Shown here: in pieces, positions 9,305 through 18,566 of the stretch
How the letters are laid out: every line of letters starts with the position of its first letter
How positions within the stretch are numbered: position 1 is the first letter of the stretch
Virus record (IMG/VR): IMGVR_UViG_3300046642_000423
Location: 1,031 to 65,030 of that record
Direction: 5' to 3' (one strand)
Origin: a virus
Lineage: Duplodnaviria; Caudoviricetes
Length of the DNA: 64,000 bases
The notes under the pieces: generated by a model
Told to the model about the DNA's origin: nothing
The model's database searches: none
Seen by the model: the letters and a program-made list of their open reading frames with translations, nothing else
Translations under genes and position numbers: made by a program

Positions 9305-10666
9305 TTGCCGACCTACACATACGCGACCCTCACCTTTGCTCGGCAGCAGCTCGCCGACCGCTTGTACGATGCTGGCATGGTCTTTTGGTCGCAGAGCGAG
9401 TTGACACTATACATTCAAGAGGCATTACGGACGTGGAACGCTCTAACTGCATTCTGGCGTGGGGACTTCATCTTTCCATCGCAGCCGGGAGTTACCTGGT
9501 ACGACCTTACATCTACAGTCGATATGCCCAACACACTGCGGCCTCTGACAATTACTGACCGCGACCTCTACACAATCATCCAGTATCACCTGCTCGAGCC
9601 CATTGCGTGGGATCCATGGACGGGCGCATCGCTGCAATTCACTCAGGACGATCTGCTTGAGGCGGTGCAGCGGCGCCGGGATGAGATATTGTCAGCAACA
9701 GGGTGCACGCAGACACGTTCGACGGTCCCCGCGGTCGCTGGGCGCATTACCCTGAACGATAAGGTCATCGACATTCGCCGGATGGCATATCTGCCGAACC
9801 TGCCTGGTACACCGTCCACGGTATGGGCTGACGATGATTGGGCTGAGCAGTCCTTCGAGCCGTTCTATACGATTACTCCCACGGGAGTGTCGCGGCCATC
9901 GACCTACCTGCAATCTGCCGAGCCTCCGATCTCATTCGATACGAACCAGCCTCCTGCATATGCCGGCAACTATGAGTTGCTGACCGTGAACGCTGGCGAT
10001 GCGCTCAATCCAGCCATTCCGACGATCATGCCGATCGCCGACGATTGGACGCATGTCATCAAGTGGGGAGCATTGGCAGACCTGTTCTCGCGGGAATCGA
10101 ACGCTAAGGATCTCCTACGGGCAGCCTACTGTGAGCAACGCTACCAGATGGGCGTTAAGCTGCTCTCCGACGCTCCTGCGCTGCTTTGGATGCGAGTTGA
10201 TAAGGTACCCCTGCAAATCGATTCTGTGCGCTCTGCGGACCTCTACAACGCCACCTGGCAGACTCTAGCCGCTGCTAAGCCATCTACCTGTCTGCACTCC
10301 GGCCTGAACCTTGTCGCGCTCACTCCAGCCGCGGATACCCCCTCCGGTGGACCTTATTCACTGACTGCCATGGTGGTGATGAACGCGCCTGTGCCTGTCA
10401 ATAATACTGACTTTATTCAACTTTCGCGCAACGACCTCGATGCCGTTATCGACTACGCGCAACACCTCGCCGCGCTCAAGATGGGCGGGGCTGAGTTCAC
10501 CGCGACCATTCCACTGTTCCAGCGATTCATGGCTCAGGCCGCTCTCTACAATTCCAAGCTGCTCGAGCTGGGTGAGTTCACCTCCACCATTCTTGGCCTG
10601 TCACAACGCGAGAATCAGATGAATCCAGTCGCCCAGCCAATGGAATCGTTGCGAGGCGGTGAGTAA
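9305..10666 (+). CDS. Putative head-tail adaptor/virion structural protein
   Basis: N-terminus TLTFARQQLADRL...FWSQSELTLYIQEA resembles adaptor proteins; lies before the nozzle-like gene. Confidence 0.55.
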   Translation: MPTYTYATLTFARQQLADRLYDAGMVFWSQSELTLYIQEALRTWNALTAFWRGDFIFPSQPGVTWYDLTSTVDMPNTLRPLTITDRDLYTIIQYHLLEPIAWDPWTGASLQFTQDDLLEAVQRRRDEILSATGCTQTRSTVPAVAGRITLNDKVIDIRRMAYLPNLPGTPSTVWADDDWAEQSFEPFYTITPTGVSRPSTYLQSAEPPISFDTNQPPAYAGNYELLTVNAGDALNPAIPTIMPIADDWTHVIKWGALADLFSRESNAKDLLRAAYCEQRYQMGVKLLSDAPALLWMRVDKVPLQIDSVRSADLYNATWQTLAAAKPSTCLHSGLNLVALTPAADTPSGGPYSLTAMVVMNAPVPVNNTDFIQLSRNDLDAVIDYAQHLAALKMGGAEFTATIPLFQRFMAQAALYNSKLLELGEFTSTILGLSQRENQMNPVAQPMESLRGGE

Positions 10667-13600
10667 TGGCTGACTTCATGCGGCCAAAAGACGGGTTCCG
10701 CTATCAGTTCGGTGGTATCAATATCAACTCTGCGCCGGATGCCATCCCACCTACAAAGTATCCCGTTGCCCAGAACATCCGTTCTTACTCAGGTAATTCT
10801 GTCGAGGGTCGCCCAGGCCAGGCGCAAAAGTTCATCACTGGCGGCGCTGCGGTCACGGACCTATGCTCCTACACGACGCTCAACTCCGATGAGATCCCAC
10901 GATACCTTGCACGCGACGTCAACGACGCCATCTGGCTTGATACGGCTGCGCAGGTAGGCATGCTCGCACCTGGAGGGCTTGGCGCGACCATGATTCCCGT
11001 TCGCCCAGGCGCATCTCCTGTTCCCTACCTGTATATGGCGAATGGTGCTGACTATCAGAAGTTCTCCGCGCCTACAGGTGGAGTAGTCGTACAGTCCAAG
11101 GTCGGTATTGCCGAGCCCCAGACGGCACCGGACGCAGCTCCCTATATCGACGAGGTCGCATACTTCGCTGATACTGACAATGTGAGTTGGGCAGCCGCCG
11201 GGACAGCTGGAGCAATATCCGCTGGGACGCGCGTCACTGAGCCAATCACATCGGTTCTTACTGATCCTGCCAACGCTAATTTATATAGCCTTGCGGTGAC
11301 GCTATCCTATCAGCGTCTGATGGCGTTCACCGTCACCGAACTTCCAACGCTGTTGGCATTCGTGCAGGACGTTTATGCAGGTTTCGATGCCATTGCCATC
11401 AACTCGATCTATTACTTCTCAGGAACGACAGGTCGCTGCGTCATCGTTCCAGCCAACCTTACGACTGGCCCAGGGGATTCCGGCACCTCTATCAACACGC
11501 AGAACATCATGGCAGCGCTGCGCCGAGGGTCCATCATTCAAGTTGGCACAGAAGGTTGTTTAGTGTGGAGCGTTACGTCCGGCCCTGACGGATCCATCTC
11601 CATTGAGACATCAACGAATCTCACACATACCACTGCGGATAAGTTGGCAGGAGTGTCGAGTATATCGGTACTGTCTCCACAAACGCTCATTGTTGGCCAG
11701 ACGATCAACTGTGCGGATATCTCTTATCAAGTCACTGCTGGCGTGGGAAGCGTCTCGGAGACAATCGCCAATCCATTCGGCGCAGGGGGAACCTTCGAGC
11801 GCCGGCAGCCGTCAGCGTTCATTTCTCCAACTCCTGGGGCAACCAATGGATTCATAAATATAGCGAATGCTTACGATGGCAATCCAAACACGTATGCCGA
11901 AGGCGTTAGCGTTCCCATCGCCACGGTGGGCACTCAGTGGACTGGATTCGCTGCGGGTAGTGGTCCTTACAATGTTCTCTATTTGCATGTTCTTATGTCG
12001 GTGGTGATGGTTCATCCGGCGATGGAAAATGATGGAGTCGCCAATATATCCTATTCGCTGGATGGTGGAGCTACATTTCTCACTCCACCTTCGCTGATCT
12101 TTACTAATGATGTTCCCAAGCAGGATTTCATCATCTCTCTACCGCCTGGCCAGGACCTGACGCAGCTGCGCGTGATTGCCGCGGGAGGCTTCACAGGACC
12201 AAACGTCTCGAGCGTTACTGTGGATGTCTTTGAAATATTCACCGAGGGTTCGCTGTCAGGTGGAACCATATTTTCGTTTCAGCCGGACGATTATCTGTCG
12301 ATCGGACTCAACGTAGATAATCCTGCCAATCTGACGGAGATGAAGATCGTCATCGACGTTGGCGATGGCAGTTTCACGAAGGATTATTTCTACTATACCG
12401 TGCGTCCATCTGACCTGACGCAGAGCGTTGCAAATACCGCGTCGCAGCTCGCCAATGCACAGACCGTCCAGCAGCGAGCCATCATTGATGCATCCACGCC
12501 TACCATAGACGGCGGAGCGCTCAGCACGGATTCAGGCGCGCAGCTGGTCCCCGGTTCCACGCAATGGTCACAGGTTGTCTTTCCTATATCCGCGCTTACC
12601 CGTGTAGGCAACGATCAGACGAAATCTCTGCGTACGATGAACGCGACGCAGATTCTATGGAATGCTGCCGGGACCATCAACGTATTACAGGCAGCAGGGA
12701 TCGTGTTTGGTACAGGCCAGCCAGATGTCGGGGATATTGGCGCGCCATTGCAGTATCGCGTGCGGCCGCGGTCTTCGGTGACGGGCGTGCGTGGGAATCC
12801 CTCTCCGGTATCGCGTTATGGGATTAACCCTCGCCGCCAACAATGCATCGTCATTCTACCCTCGGCTTCCTATGATCCACAGATCGATACTTGGGACATC
12901 TTCCGCTATGGTGGTGCGGTTACATCATTCCGATATATTGGTTCAACGCCCAGTACGAACACTCAGTTTGTTGATAACTATGACGATGCGGCCGCAGAGG
13001 CTGGGGAAGCGCTGGACTTCGATAACCTCGAGCCATGGCCGAGCATCGACCTGCCGAACAATGGCAGCGCCATCTCCGTCACGGGAACCACGGCGATTGT
13101 CGTTCCTTCCAATCCATCGAACAATATTTTGAGCTATCTCCCTGGCACGCTAGTTCGTATCGGCAGCTTGAACGCCTACACACTCTATAATCGTCCGACG
13201 TCCCTGGCTGGTGGACAGTACCTATTGCAGTTCGCAGAGAACGCAGGCTCGAGCACTGGATTGCTCTACAACATCCAAGAGCCGATCATCGCCAATCAGA
13301 AGCTGCCATATATGTTTGGGCAGGATGCATCAGGAACTGTATTCGCTTGCGGGGATCCGCTGCGGCTGGGAACACTCTATTTCTCGAAGAACTATATTCC
13401 TGACTCAGCTCCCGATAAGTACAACATTGAAATCACGCCTCCATCTGAACCACTGCTCGGCGGAGAGGTTATCGATGGACTGGCATTCGTCGGATCACCA
13501 GAGCGTTGGTGGGCGTTGTATCCGCAGCCTAACAATGAAGCTCAGCGATACGCGGTTGTGCAGCAGCCATTTACGCGGGGGCTCGCCGCACCACTGGGGC

Positions 13601-14709
13601 ATTGCACCGATGGACAATCAATCTTCTGGTGGGCGAAGGATTCGATTCAATCTTCCACGAAGGCATCGTTGACGGATGGGGATCTCTACAATCTGTTCCC
13701 GCATGATGGCGTCCCAGGTAAGGACATCATCTACAACGGCGTGACGCTGCACGCACCGGACTACTCTCGCGCTGGGACTTTCCGGCTGGCGTATGCGAAC
13801 TCTTATCTCTACGCAACCTATCAGGACTCAGAGGGAATATATCGCCAGCTTGTGCTGGACATGCCGCAGATGGCTTGGTCGGTTGATGAGTACACGCCAA
13901 AGGTGACGGCGTTCTATCACCCACCGCAGCCTGCGGGGACATTGCTCACCTCTACCATTCGATACGATGAGTTGGTCATGGCGAACGTCGGTGGGGTCAT
14001 CTCGAAGCAACAATCAAACACGAATGACCTTGGTGGAGGAATCGTCTGCAAGATCGCAGCGTTCGAGTTTGATGGCGGGGACTTGCGGGCGCCCAAGCAA
14101 TGGGGCGATTTCTTCCTTGATCTGACACCAGAAGCTGCGGTTACAGCTACTCCACTGTCGTTAGGACTCGCGGTAGCCGCACCGACCGTTGTTCCAGCCA
14201 GTGCTGCCCGCGTGCGTAGCCCTGTAAGCGTTGGCGGCGTGGTGGTCAGTGATTTCCTTGGAATGATGCTCGCCTGGACGGATGATTATGGAAGCCAGTC
14301 CGGCCCTACAGAGGTCAATACTTGGCATCCCAGCTTTGTCATTCAGCCTGCCAGCACGATCGGCTGGGCGACGTTCGGCACGTCCTACGGTCAGTCTGGG
14401 TATATGCATATCCGCGAGATGGTAATTGCGTACGTGTCCAGCGCGGATATCACGCTGACGATTGTTAGTTACGATGGGCAGTCACCTCAGATTGTCACGC
14501 TGCCATCCACGGGTGGGCTGTACAAGAAGGTATTGTTCCCGCTCACCGCCAATAAAGGGCAGCTCTATAAGTTCCAAGCGACCTGCGCCGCGACATTCCA
14601 AATATTCGAGGATGACTCAGAAGTGAGAGTAGGCGCGTGGGGACGTACCGACGCCTATGCGTTGATGAAGAGACTGGGAGGCCCAAATGTCGCCAACGCC
14701 CCAATCTAG
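10666..14709 (+). CDS. Putative tail nozzle/stabilisation protein
   Basis: 1347 aa. N-terminus FGGININSAPDAIPP...VAQNIR and an LYFSK motif, as in podovirus nozzle proteins; consistent synteny. Confidence 0.55.
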   Translation: MADFMRPKDGFRYQFGGININSAPDAIPPTKYPVAQNIRSYSGNSVEGRPGQAQKFITGGAAVTDLCSYTTLNSDEIPRYLARDVNDAIWLDTAAQVGMLAPGGLGATMIPVRPGASPVPYLYMANGADYQKFSAPTGGVVVQSKVGIAEPQTAPDAAPYIDEVAYFADTDNVSWAAAGTAGAISAGTRVTEPITSVLTDPANANLYSLAVTLSYQRLMAFTVTELPTLLAFVQDVYAGFDAIAINSIYYFSGTTGRCVIVPANLTTGPGDSGTSINTQNIMAALRRGSIIQVGTEGCLVWSVTSGPDGSISIETSTNLTHTTADKLAGVSSISVLSPQTLIVGQTINCADISYQVTAGVGSVSETIANPFGAGGTFERRQPSAFISPTPGATNGFINIANAYDGNPNTYAEGVSVPIATVGTQWTGFAAGSGPYNVLYLHVLMSVVMVHPAMENDGVANISYSLDGGATFLTPPSLIFTNDVPKQDFIISLPPGQDLTQLRVIAAGGFTGPNVSSVTVDVFEIFTEGSLSGGTIFSFQPDDYLSIGLNVDNPANLTEMKIVIDVGDGSFTKDYFYYTVRPSDLTQSVANTASQLANAQTVQQRAIIDASTPTIDGGALSTDSGAQLVPGSTQWSQVVFPISALTRVGNDQTKSLRTMNATQILWNAAGTINVLQAAGIVFGTGQPDVGDIGAPLQYRVRPRSSVTGVRGNPSPVSRYGINPRRQQCIVILPSASYDPQIDTWDIFRYGGAVTSFRYIGSTPSTNTQFVDNYDDAAAEAGEALDFDNLEPWPSIDLPNNGSAISVTGTTAIVVPSNPSNNILSYLPGTLVRIGSLNAYTLYNRPTSLAGGQYLLQFAENAGSSTGLLYNIQEPIIANQKLPYMFGQDASGTVFACGDPLRLGTLYFSKNYIPDSAPDKYNIEITPPSEPLLGGEVIDGLAFVGSPERWWALYPQPNNEAQRYAVVQQPFTRGLAAPLGHCTDGQSIFWWAKDSIQSSTKASLTDGDLYNLFPHDGVPGKDIIYNGVTLHAPDYSRAGTFRLAYANSYLYATYQDSEGIYRQLVLDMPQMAWSVDEYTPKVTAFYHPPQPAGTLLTSTIRYDELVMANVGGVISKQQSNTNDLGGGIVCKIAAFEFDGGDLRAPKQWGDFFLDLTPEAAVTATPLSLGLAVAAPTVVPASAARVRSPVSVGGVVVSDFLGMMLAWTDDYGSQSGPTEVNTWHPSFVIQPASTIGWATFGTSYGQSGYMHIREMVIAYVSSADITLTIVSYDGQSPQIVTLPSTGGLYKKVLFPLTANKGQLYKFQATCAATFQIFEDDSEVRVGAWGRTDAYALMKRLGGPNVANAPI

Positions 14710-14998
14710 TCGGTGGTATCCAACCAGCGAGCAGGTGAAGGATCCTGCGTCGGTGCAGCGCACACTCAAGCAGGTTCTCGATCAGTTCTATGCGTTGCAG
14801 GATCGGCATGCAGAGTTGCAATCGCAGATGCAAACGACTGTCAAGGGAACTACGCAATCGAAGGGCGCGCTGGCCGGATCAGGGCCGACCGATACGATGT
14901 TGCTTGGTCTGCGCGTGGCGCCAGTGGACACCTCCACGCTAATTGATGGCGTGAAACTTACCTATGTGAAAGCACAAGGGAGATTCGAGTTCATTTAG
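14687..14998 (+). CDS. Hypothetical structural protein (coiled coil)
   Basis: GGAGG SD; directly after the nozzle-like gene. Confidence 0.6.
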   Translation: MSPTPQSSRWYPTSEQVKDPASVQRTLKQVLDQFYALQDRHAELQSQMQTTVKGTTQSKGALAGSGPTDTMLLGLRVAPVDTSTLIDGVKLTYVKAQGRFEFI

Positions 14999-15025
14999 TA
15001 TACTCAGCAGCCAAGGAGATATCGA

Positions 15026-15472
15026 ATGGCAAACACAGTTTTGCAAGACCGCAATGGACCGGATTGGCCGCTGGGGTTTATCAACGTCGTAACTCCCGGT
15101 ACGCCGGTGAATATTATGTCGCTGGTGGACGCGACGAACGTGAACGACCCGGCGACGGCGACTCCGGGTACGGCTGGCGCGAATGAGTACACTCCGCGCG
15201 CCTATCAAATCAATTTCACTGGAGTTCGCCTCGGCGCCTCGCACGGCCTGCGCGATAACCAAGCCAATGCGTACGTGGTCAGGTTCGCAGCGAAGGGCGC
15301 AGGGTCGGGGAACTATGACGATCCGGGCGTGATTGTCGCAGTCATCAAACCAGGACAGACATTCGTGCTGACCGCCGCTGCGCTCAATCGCAATGTGTTC
15401 TCGCCGTATCGATATTACATCGATGCAGATACGGCTTCGGATGGCGCACTGGTAACTATGTTGATCCAGTGA
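15026..15472 (+). CDS. Virion protein, paralogue of 49808..50245
   Basis: Shares [19 protein letters not shown], EYTPR, GSGNxDDxG and SPY..xDADxAxDGxLVTMxIQ with 49808..50245. Confidence 0.75.
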   Translation: MANTVLQDRNGPDWPLGFINVVTPGTPVNIMSLVDATNVNDPATATPGTAGANEYTPRAYQINFTGVRLGASHGLRDNQANAYVVRFAAKGAGSGNYDDPGVIVAVIKPGQTFVLTAAALNRNVFSPYRYYIDADTASDGALVTMLIQ

Positions 15473-17067
15473 GACGATTCCTTCTCATCCTCGGATTGGT
15501 TGGACTGTATGCGCTGCCTGTCAGTGCGAGCTATCCATATCTTCCCATCGTGCAGACTTCCGTTGGACGTACTACCTGTATATTTCCTAACAATGTAACC
15601 AGTGGGGACATCATCATCGTGTCCACGAGTTGGGAGACGGCTACAAGTGCACCATCCTACACGGACACGCTCAGCACAATGTACGTGCAGAAGGCATTCG
15701 ATGTATCGCACTCAGTGCGTATTGCTGTTTATGGTGGAGTTGCTACGTCAGGTGGAGCTGACACAATCACCTTTACCTTAGCGACCTCTGGATTTGTTCA
15801 AACACAATGCTCGGAGTATCGCCCAACCGACCTTACGCTTACCGTGGACGATTCCAATGTGACGGCGTTTATTGCGCCCGTGACAATCAGCACAGGAAAT
15901 CTGACGACCACTCGCAACGATGATTTCATCTACACGCATGCAGGTGGATTCCAAACCAATGGAAGTTTCGTGGTGCATGCGCCGGACATTCAGACGGGAA
16001 TGAATAACCTTTCGGACTCAGCTGCATCGGCAATGAAGTTCGCAGGCGCTCCCGGTGTATATACAACCACCTGGGATAGCTCAGTCAATGCGCAGGCTAC
16101 GCTGGCAGCGGTAGCTTTCCAATCGCCTAGCGGGATAGTAATCCGTAGTCCGACGACGCTGCCGGATGGCTCGCTTACCAATGCCTATAACTATTGCCTG
16201 CGTGCGACGGGTGGAGTGAGCACCTACACATGGTCGATCACCGCAGGTGGATTGCAGAGTGGGCTGTCGCTCAATACGAGCACAGGCTGCATCACAGGCA
16301 CGCCAACGGCTGGGCCAGTCAATACAATCACGTTCCATGTGACTGACGGAACAAATACGGCCAATCTGACCACGAGCTTGAAGGTAAGCCTAACGCCGAA
16401 TACTCCCACGCTCATTCAATCCAAGACCTATGGATCATCTGGTACATCGGTCACGTTTACCTCGAATGTCACCTCGGGAAGCATGCTCACGGTGACACGC
16501 GGGCCGATTGACGCTGGCACGATCGCGGTATGCACCGATACCCTTGGTACAGTATTTCAGATCGTTACGGCTGCCTACACCTACGCGCAGGTTGGCGGTG
16601 GAGGATCATTCGCCGCGCAGACTTGGGTCTACACGGGTACGGCACCGTCGAGTGGTGCTGACACGATAAACTGCGATGTGAACATGCAATACATTGCGGA
16701 ATGGTCTGGCGTGCAATCGTTCGGCAACGATAACATTCTGAACACGACTGGCTCGGGGCTCGTGTCTCCAGCTACGTCGAATCCCATGACGACACTGGTC
16801 CCTGGCGAGCTGATCTATGGGACCAACGCTAGCGATACATCGGGACAACACTTTCTGATTCAATCGCCTTACACTGCGCTGGGAACGTCCACCACGGGCA
16901 GCCTGAACGATGGATATAAGCTCTCTCCGACCGTCACAACGAACACGGTGACGTTTACCATGTCTGGACCGGGAACATTTCTATGGTCGCTGCTGATGGT
17001 GGGATTCCGGCCGAGTGGTGGCGCGCCCGCACCGGGGGCGGTTAAGCACGCAGCACAGGAGTATTGA
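15469..17067 (+). CDS. Signal-peptide protein with two beta-rich domains and a central putative Ig domain
   Basis: Signal peptide MRRFLLILGLVGLYALPVSA; TTLPDG...YTWSITAGGLQSGLSLNTSTGCITGTPT matches a He_PIG-type Ig repeat. Confidence 0.75.
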   Translation: MRRFLLILGLVGLYALPVSASYPYLPIVQTSVGRTTCIFPNNVTSGDIIIVSTSWETATSAPSYTDTLSTMYVQKAFDVSHSVRIAVYGGVATSGGADTITFTLATSGFVQTQCSEYRPTDLTLTVDDSNVTAFIAPVTISTGNLTTTRNDDFIYTHAGGFQTNGSFVVHAPDIQTGMNNLSDSAASAMKFAGAPGVYTTTWDSSVNAQATLAAVAFQSPSGIVIRSPTTLPDGSLTNAYNYCLRATGGVSTYTWSITAGGLQSGLSLNTSTGCITGTPTAGPVNTITFHVTDGTNTANLTTSLKVSLTPNTPTLIQSKTYGSSGTSVTFTSNVTSGSMLTVTRGPIDAGTIAVCTDTLGTVFQIVTAAYTYAQVGGGGSFAAQTWVYTGTAPSSGADTINCDVNMQYIAEWSGVQSFGNDNILNTTGSGLVSPATSNPMTTLVPGELIYGTNASDTSGQHFLIQSPYTALGTSTTGSLNDGYKLSPTVTTNTVTFTMSGPGTFLWSLLMVGFRPSGGAPAPGAVKHAAQEY

Positions 17068-17112
17068 TTTGGCGAGTCAAGTGAATGTGGTATGCTCCCG
17101 GCAGGAGGTTCG

Positions 17113-17502
17113 ATGAAATCCATCCACGTCGTAACCATAATCAGTCTGGCACTAGGACTAACAATCGGAATGTTTGCATATGCTTATAAGATGAAATCAT
17201 CGGTACATTCAGAAGCCCTTACATGCGTCGGCACCTTGCAAGAACAATGCGCCAGCGAAGATTTCCTGCGCGGCTGGGATCATTGGAATGCGCTGCGGCT
17301 TGAACTGGGGAGTTCTAATGGGAAGGAATCGGTGGCTGAGCGTGAACAGTTGAGCGATGAGTTCGGTGGGCTCACACAGCGATTGCAGGGCATGGTGCCC
17401 AAGGGATCCCAGTGGGATGAGAAGAAGCGAAGGTTTGTGCTGATTACTCCAAGTAATCCGCCCACTTCGCCTGTGGTTGCGCCACCGTTACCTGCGAAAT
17501 AA
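17113..17502 (+). CDS. Membrane-anchored hypothetical protein
   Basis: AGGAGG SD, N-terminal hydrophobic helix, and an upstream extended -10-like TGGTATGCT. Confidence 0.65.
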   Translation: MKSIHVVTIISLALGLTIGMFAYAYKMKSSVHSEALTCVGTLQEQCASEDFLRGWDHWNALRLELGSSNGKESVAEREQLSDEFGGLTQRLQGMVPKGSQWDEKKRRFVLITPSNPPTSPVVAPPLPAK

Positions 17503-17505
17503 ACC

Positions 17506-17916
17506 ATGGAAGACGTCACATATCGCTGGATTGATGGTCCCACGGCAACGGATGAAGAGTGGGATTTGGTTGAGTCCATATTGGCCACTCGGGGATGGAT
17601 GTCTCTGAACCGCATGACCACATCAATTCGTGTTGCGCTCGATAAGGAAGGTCATCTGCTGGGATTCCATGTGATTCAACTCGTTCCTAGTGCTGGTCCT
17701 CTCTGGGTGAAACCATCGATGCGCGCGACGGGCATCGCCGAGCATCTCGCGGACGATATGTTCGAGTTGTTCGTCCAAGCGCATGCACGCGGCTGGATGG
17801 TCGTGGCGGATAATCCCTCCGCTGCAAAGCTATGCGAGGCCCGCGGCATGCACAAGCTTGAGTCCCCTGTGTTTACGACAGAAGTTCTGGGAGGTGGATC
17901 ATCGGAGGCTTCTTAG
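17506..17916 (+). CDS. GNAT-fold protein preceding the ejection genes
   Basis: GPLWVKPSMRATGIAEHL...NPSAAKLCEARGM acetyl-CoA-binding-like motifs. Confidence 0.65.
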   Translation: MEDVTYRWIDGPTATDEEWDLVESILATRGWMSLNRMTTSIRVALDKEGHLLGFHVIQLVPSAGPLWVKPSMRATGIAEHLADDMFELFVQAHARGWMVVADNPSAAKLCEARGMHKLESPVFTTEVLGGGSSEAS

Positions 17917-18566
17917 GTATTGGCACTCCCAAGGTAGTCAAGCAGGCCGAGGGCAATCTCCAGAACGTATTCAACACTGGAATTAACAGGTCTGGTGAGT
18001 TGAATACTGCTGGCACTGCGACCACGAACACTGGACTCGGCACACTGTCGGGAACACTCAACAACGCAAACGCTAATTTCAACCAGGCACGCAATACCAC
18101 GAACTCTACGCTTCCCATGTGGCAGCGGTTGGCTTCCGGCAATCGTCCAGCGGTACAGCAGGCGGTGGCGCCTGAGACGAATCAAGTCCTTGGACAGACT
18201 GATGCCTTCCGGCGCATGGAAGCCAACATGGGGACGATGCGCGGCGGTGGGAATGCGGGCTCGAATGTCAACGCCAACCAAGACGCGATGGCGAAGATTG
18301 ACAATCTGATATTTGGTGCGCGTCCGGCCGCGGCCCAACAGGTAGAAGGCATCGGCGCACAGGATGCCGGGATCGCAGGCGCACAGGCAGGAGTTGGGAC
18401 ACAGGTAGGCGGTGAGCAAGCCAGTGTGGGACAAAATGAGATCGCACAGGCTCTACAAGCGCTCGGGCTAGGCGCATCAGCTACCGGCAAGGCTGGGGAT
18501 ATTCGGAACACTTCCACCGCGAATAATCAGAAGGCGTTCCAAGACTTCCTTGGATGGGCGGTTTAG
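17901..18566 (+). CDS. Putative DNA ejection/pilot protein (probable ATC start)
   Basis: G/A/N/Q-rich. The frame is open from ATC 17901 after GGAGGT, giving (M)GGFLGIG. Position matches small podovirus ejection proteins. Confidence 0.6.
   Translation: MGGFLGIGTPKVVKQAEGNLQNVFNTGINRSGELNTAGTATTNTGLGTLSGTLNNANANFNQARNTTNSTLPMWQRLASGNRPAVQQAVAPETNQVLGQTDAFRRMEANMGTMRGGGNAGSNVNANQDAMAKIDNLIFGARPAAAQQVEGIGAQDAGIAGAQAGVGTQVGGEQASVGQNEIAQALQALGLGASATGKAGDIRNTSTANNQKAFQDFLGWAV

Noticed and set aside
2610-17067. Diversity-generating retroelement acting on fibre genes
   Set aside because: No reverse transcriptase and no adenine-mismatched repeat pair noticed.
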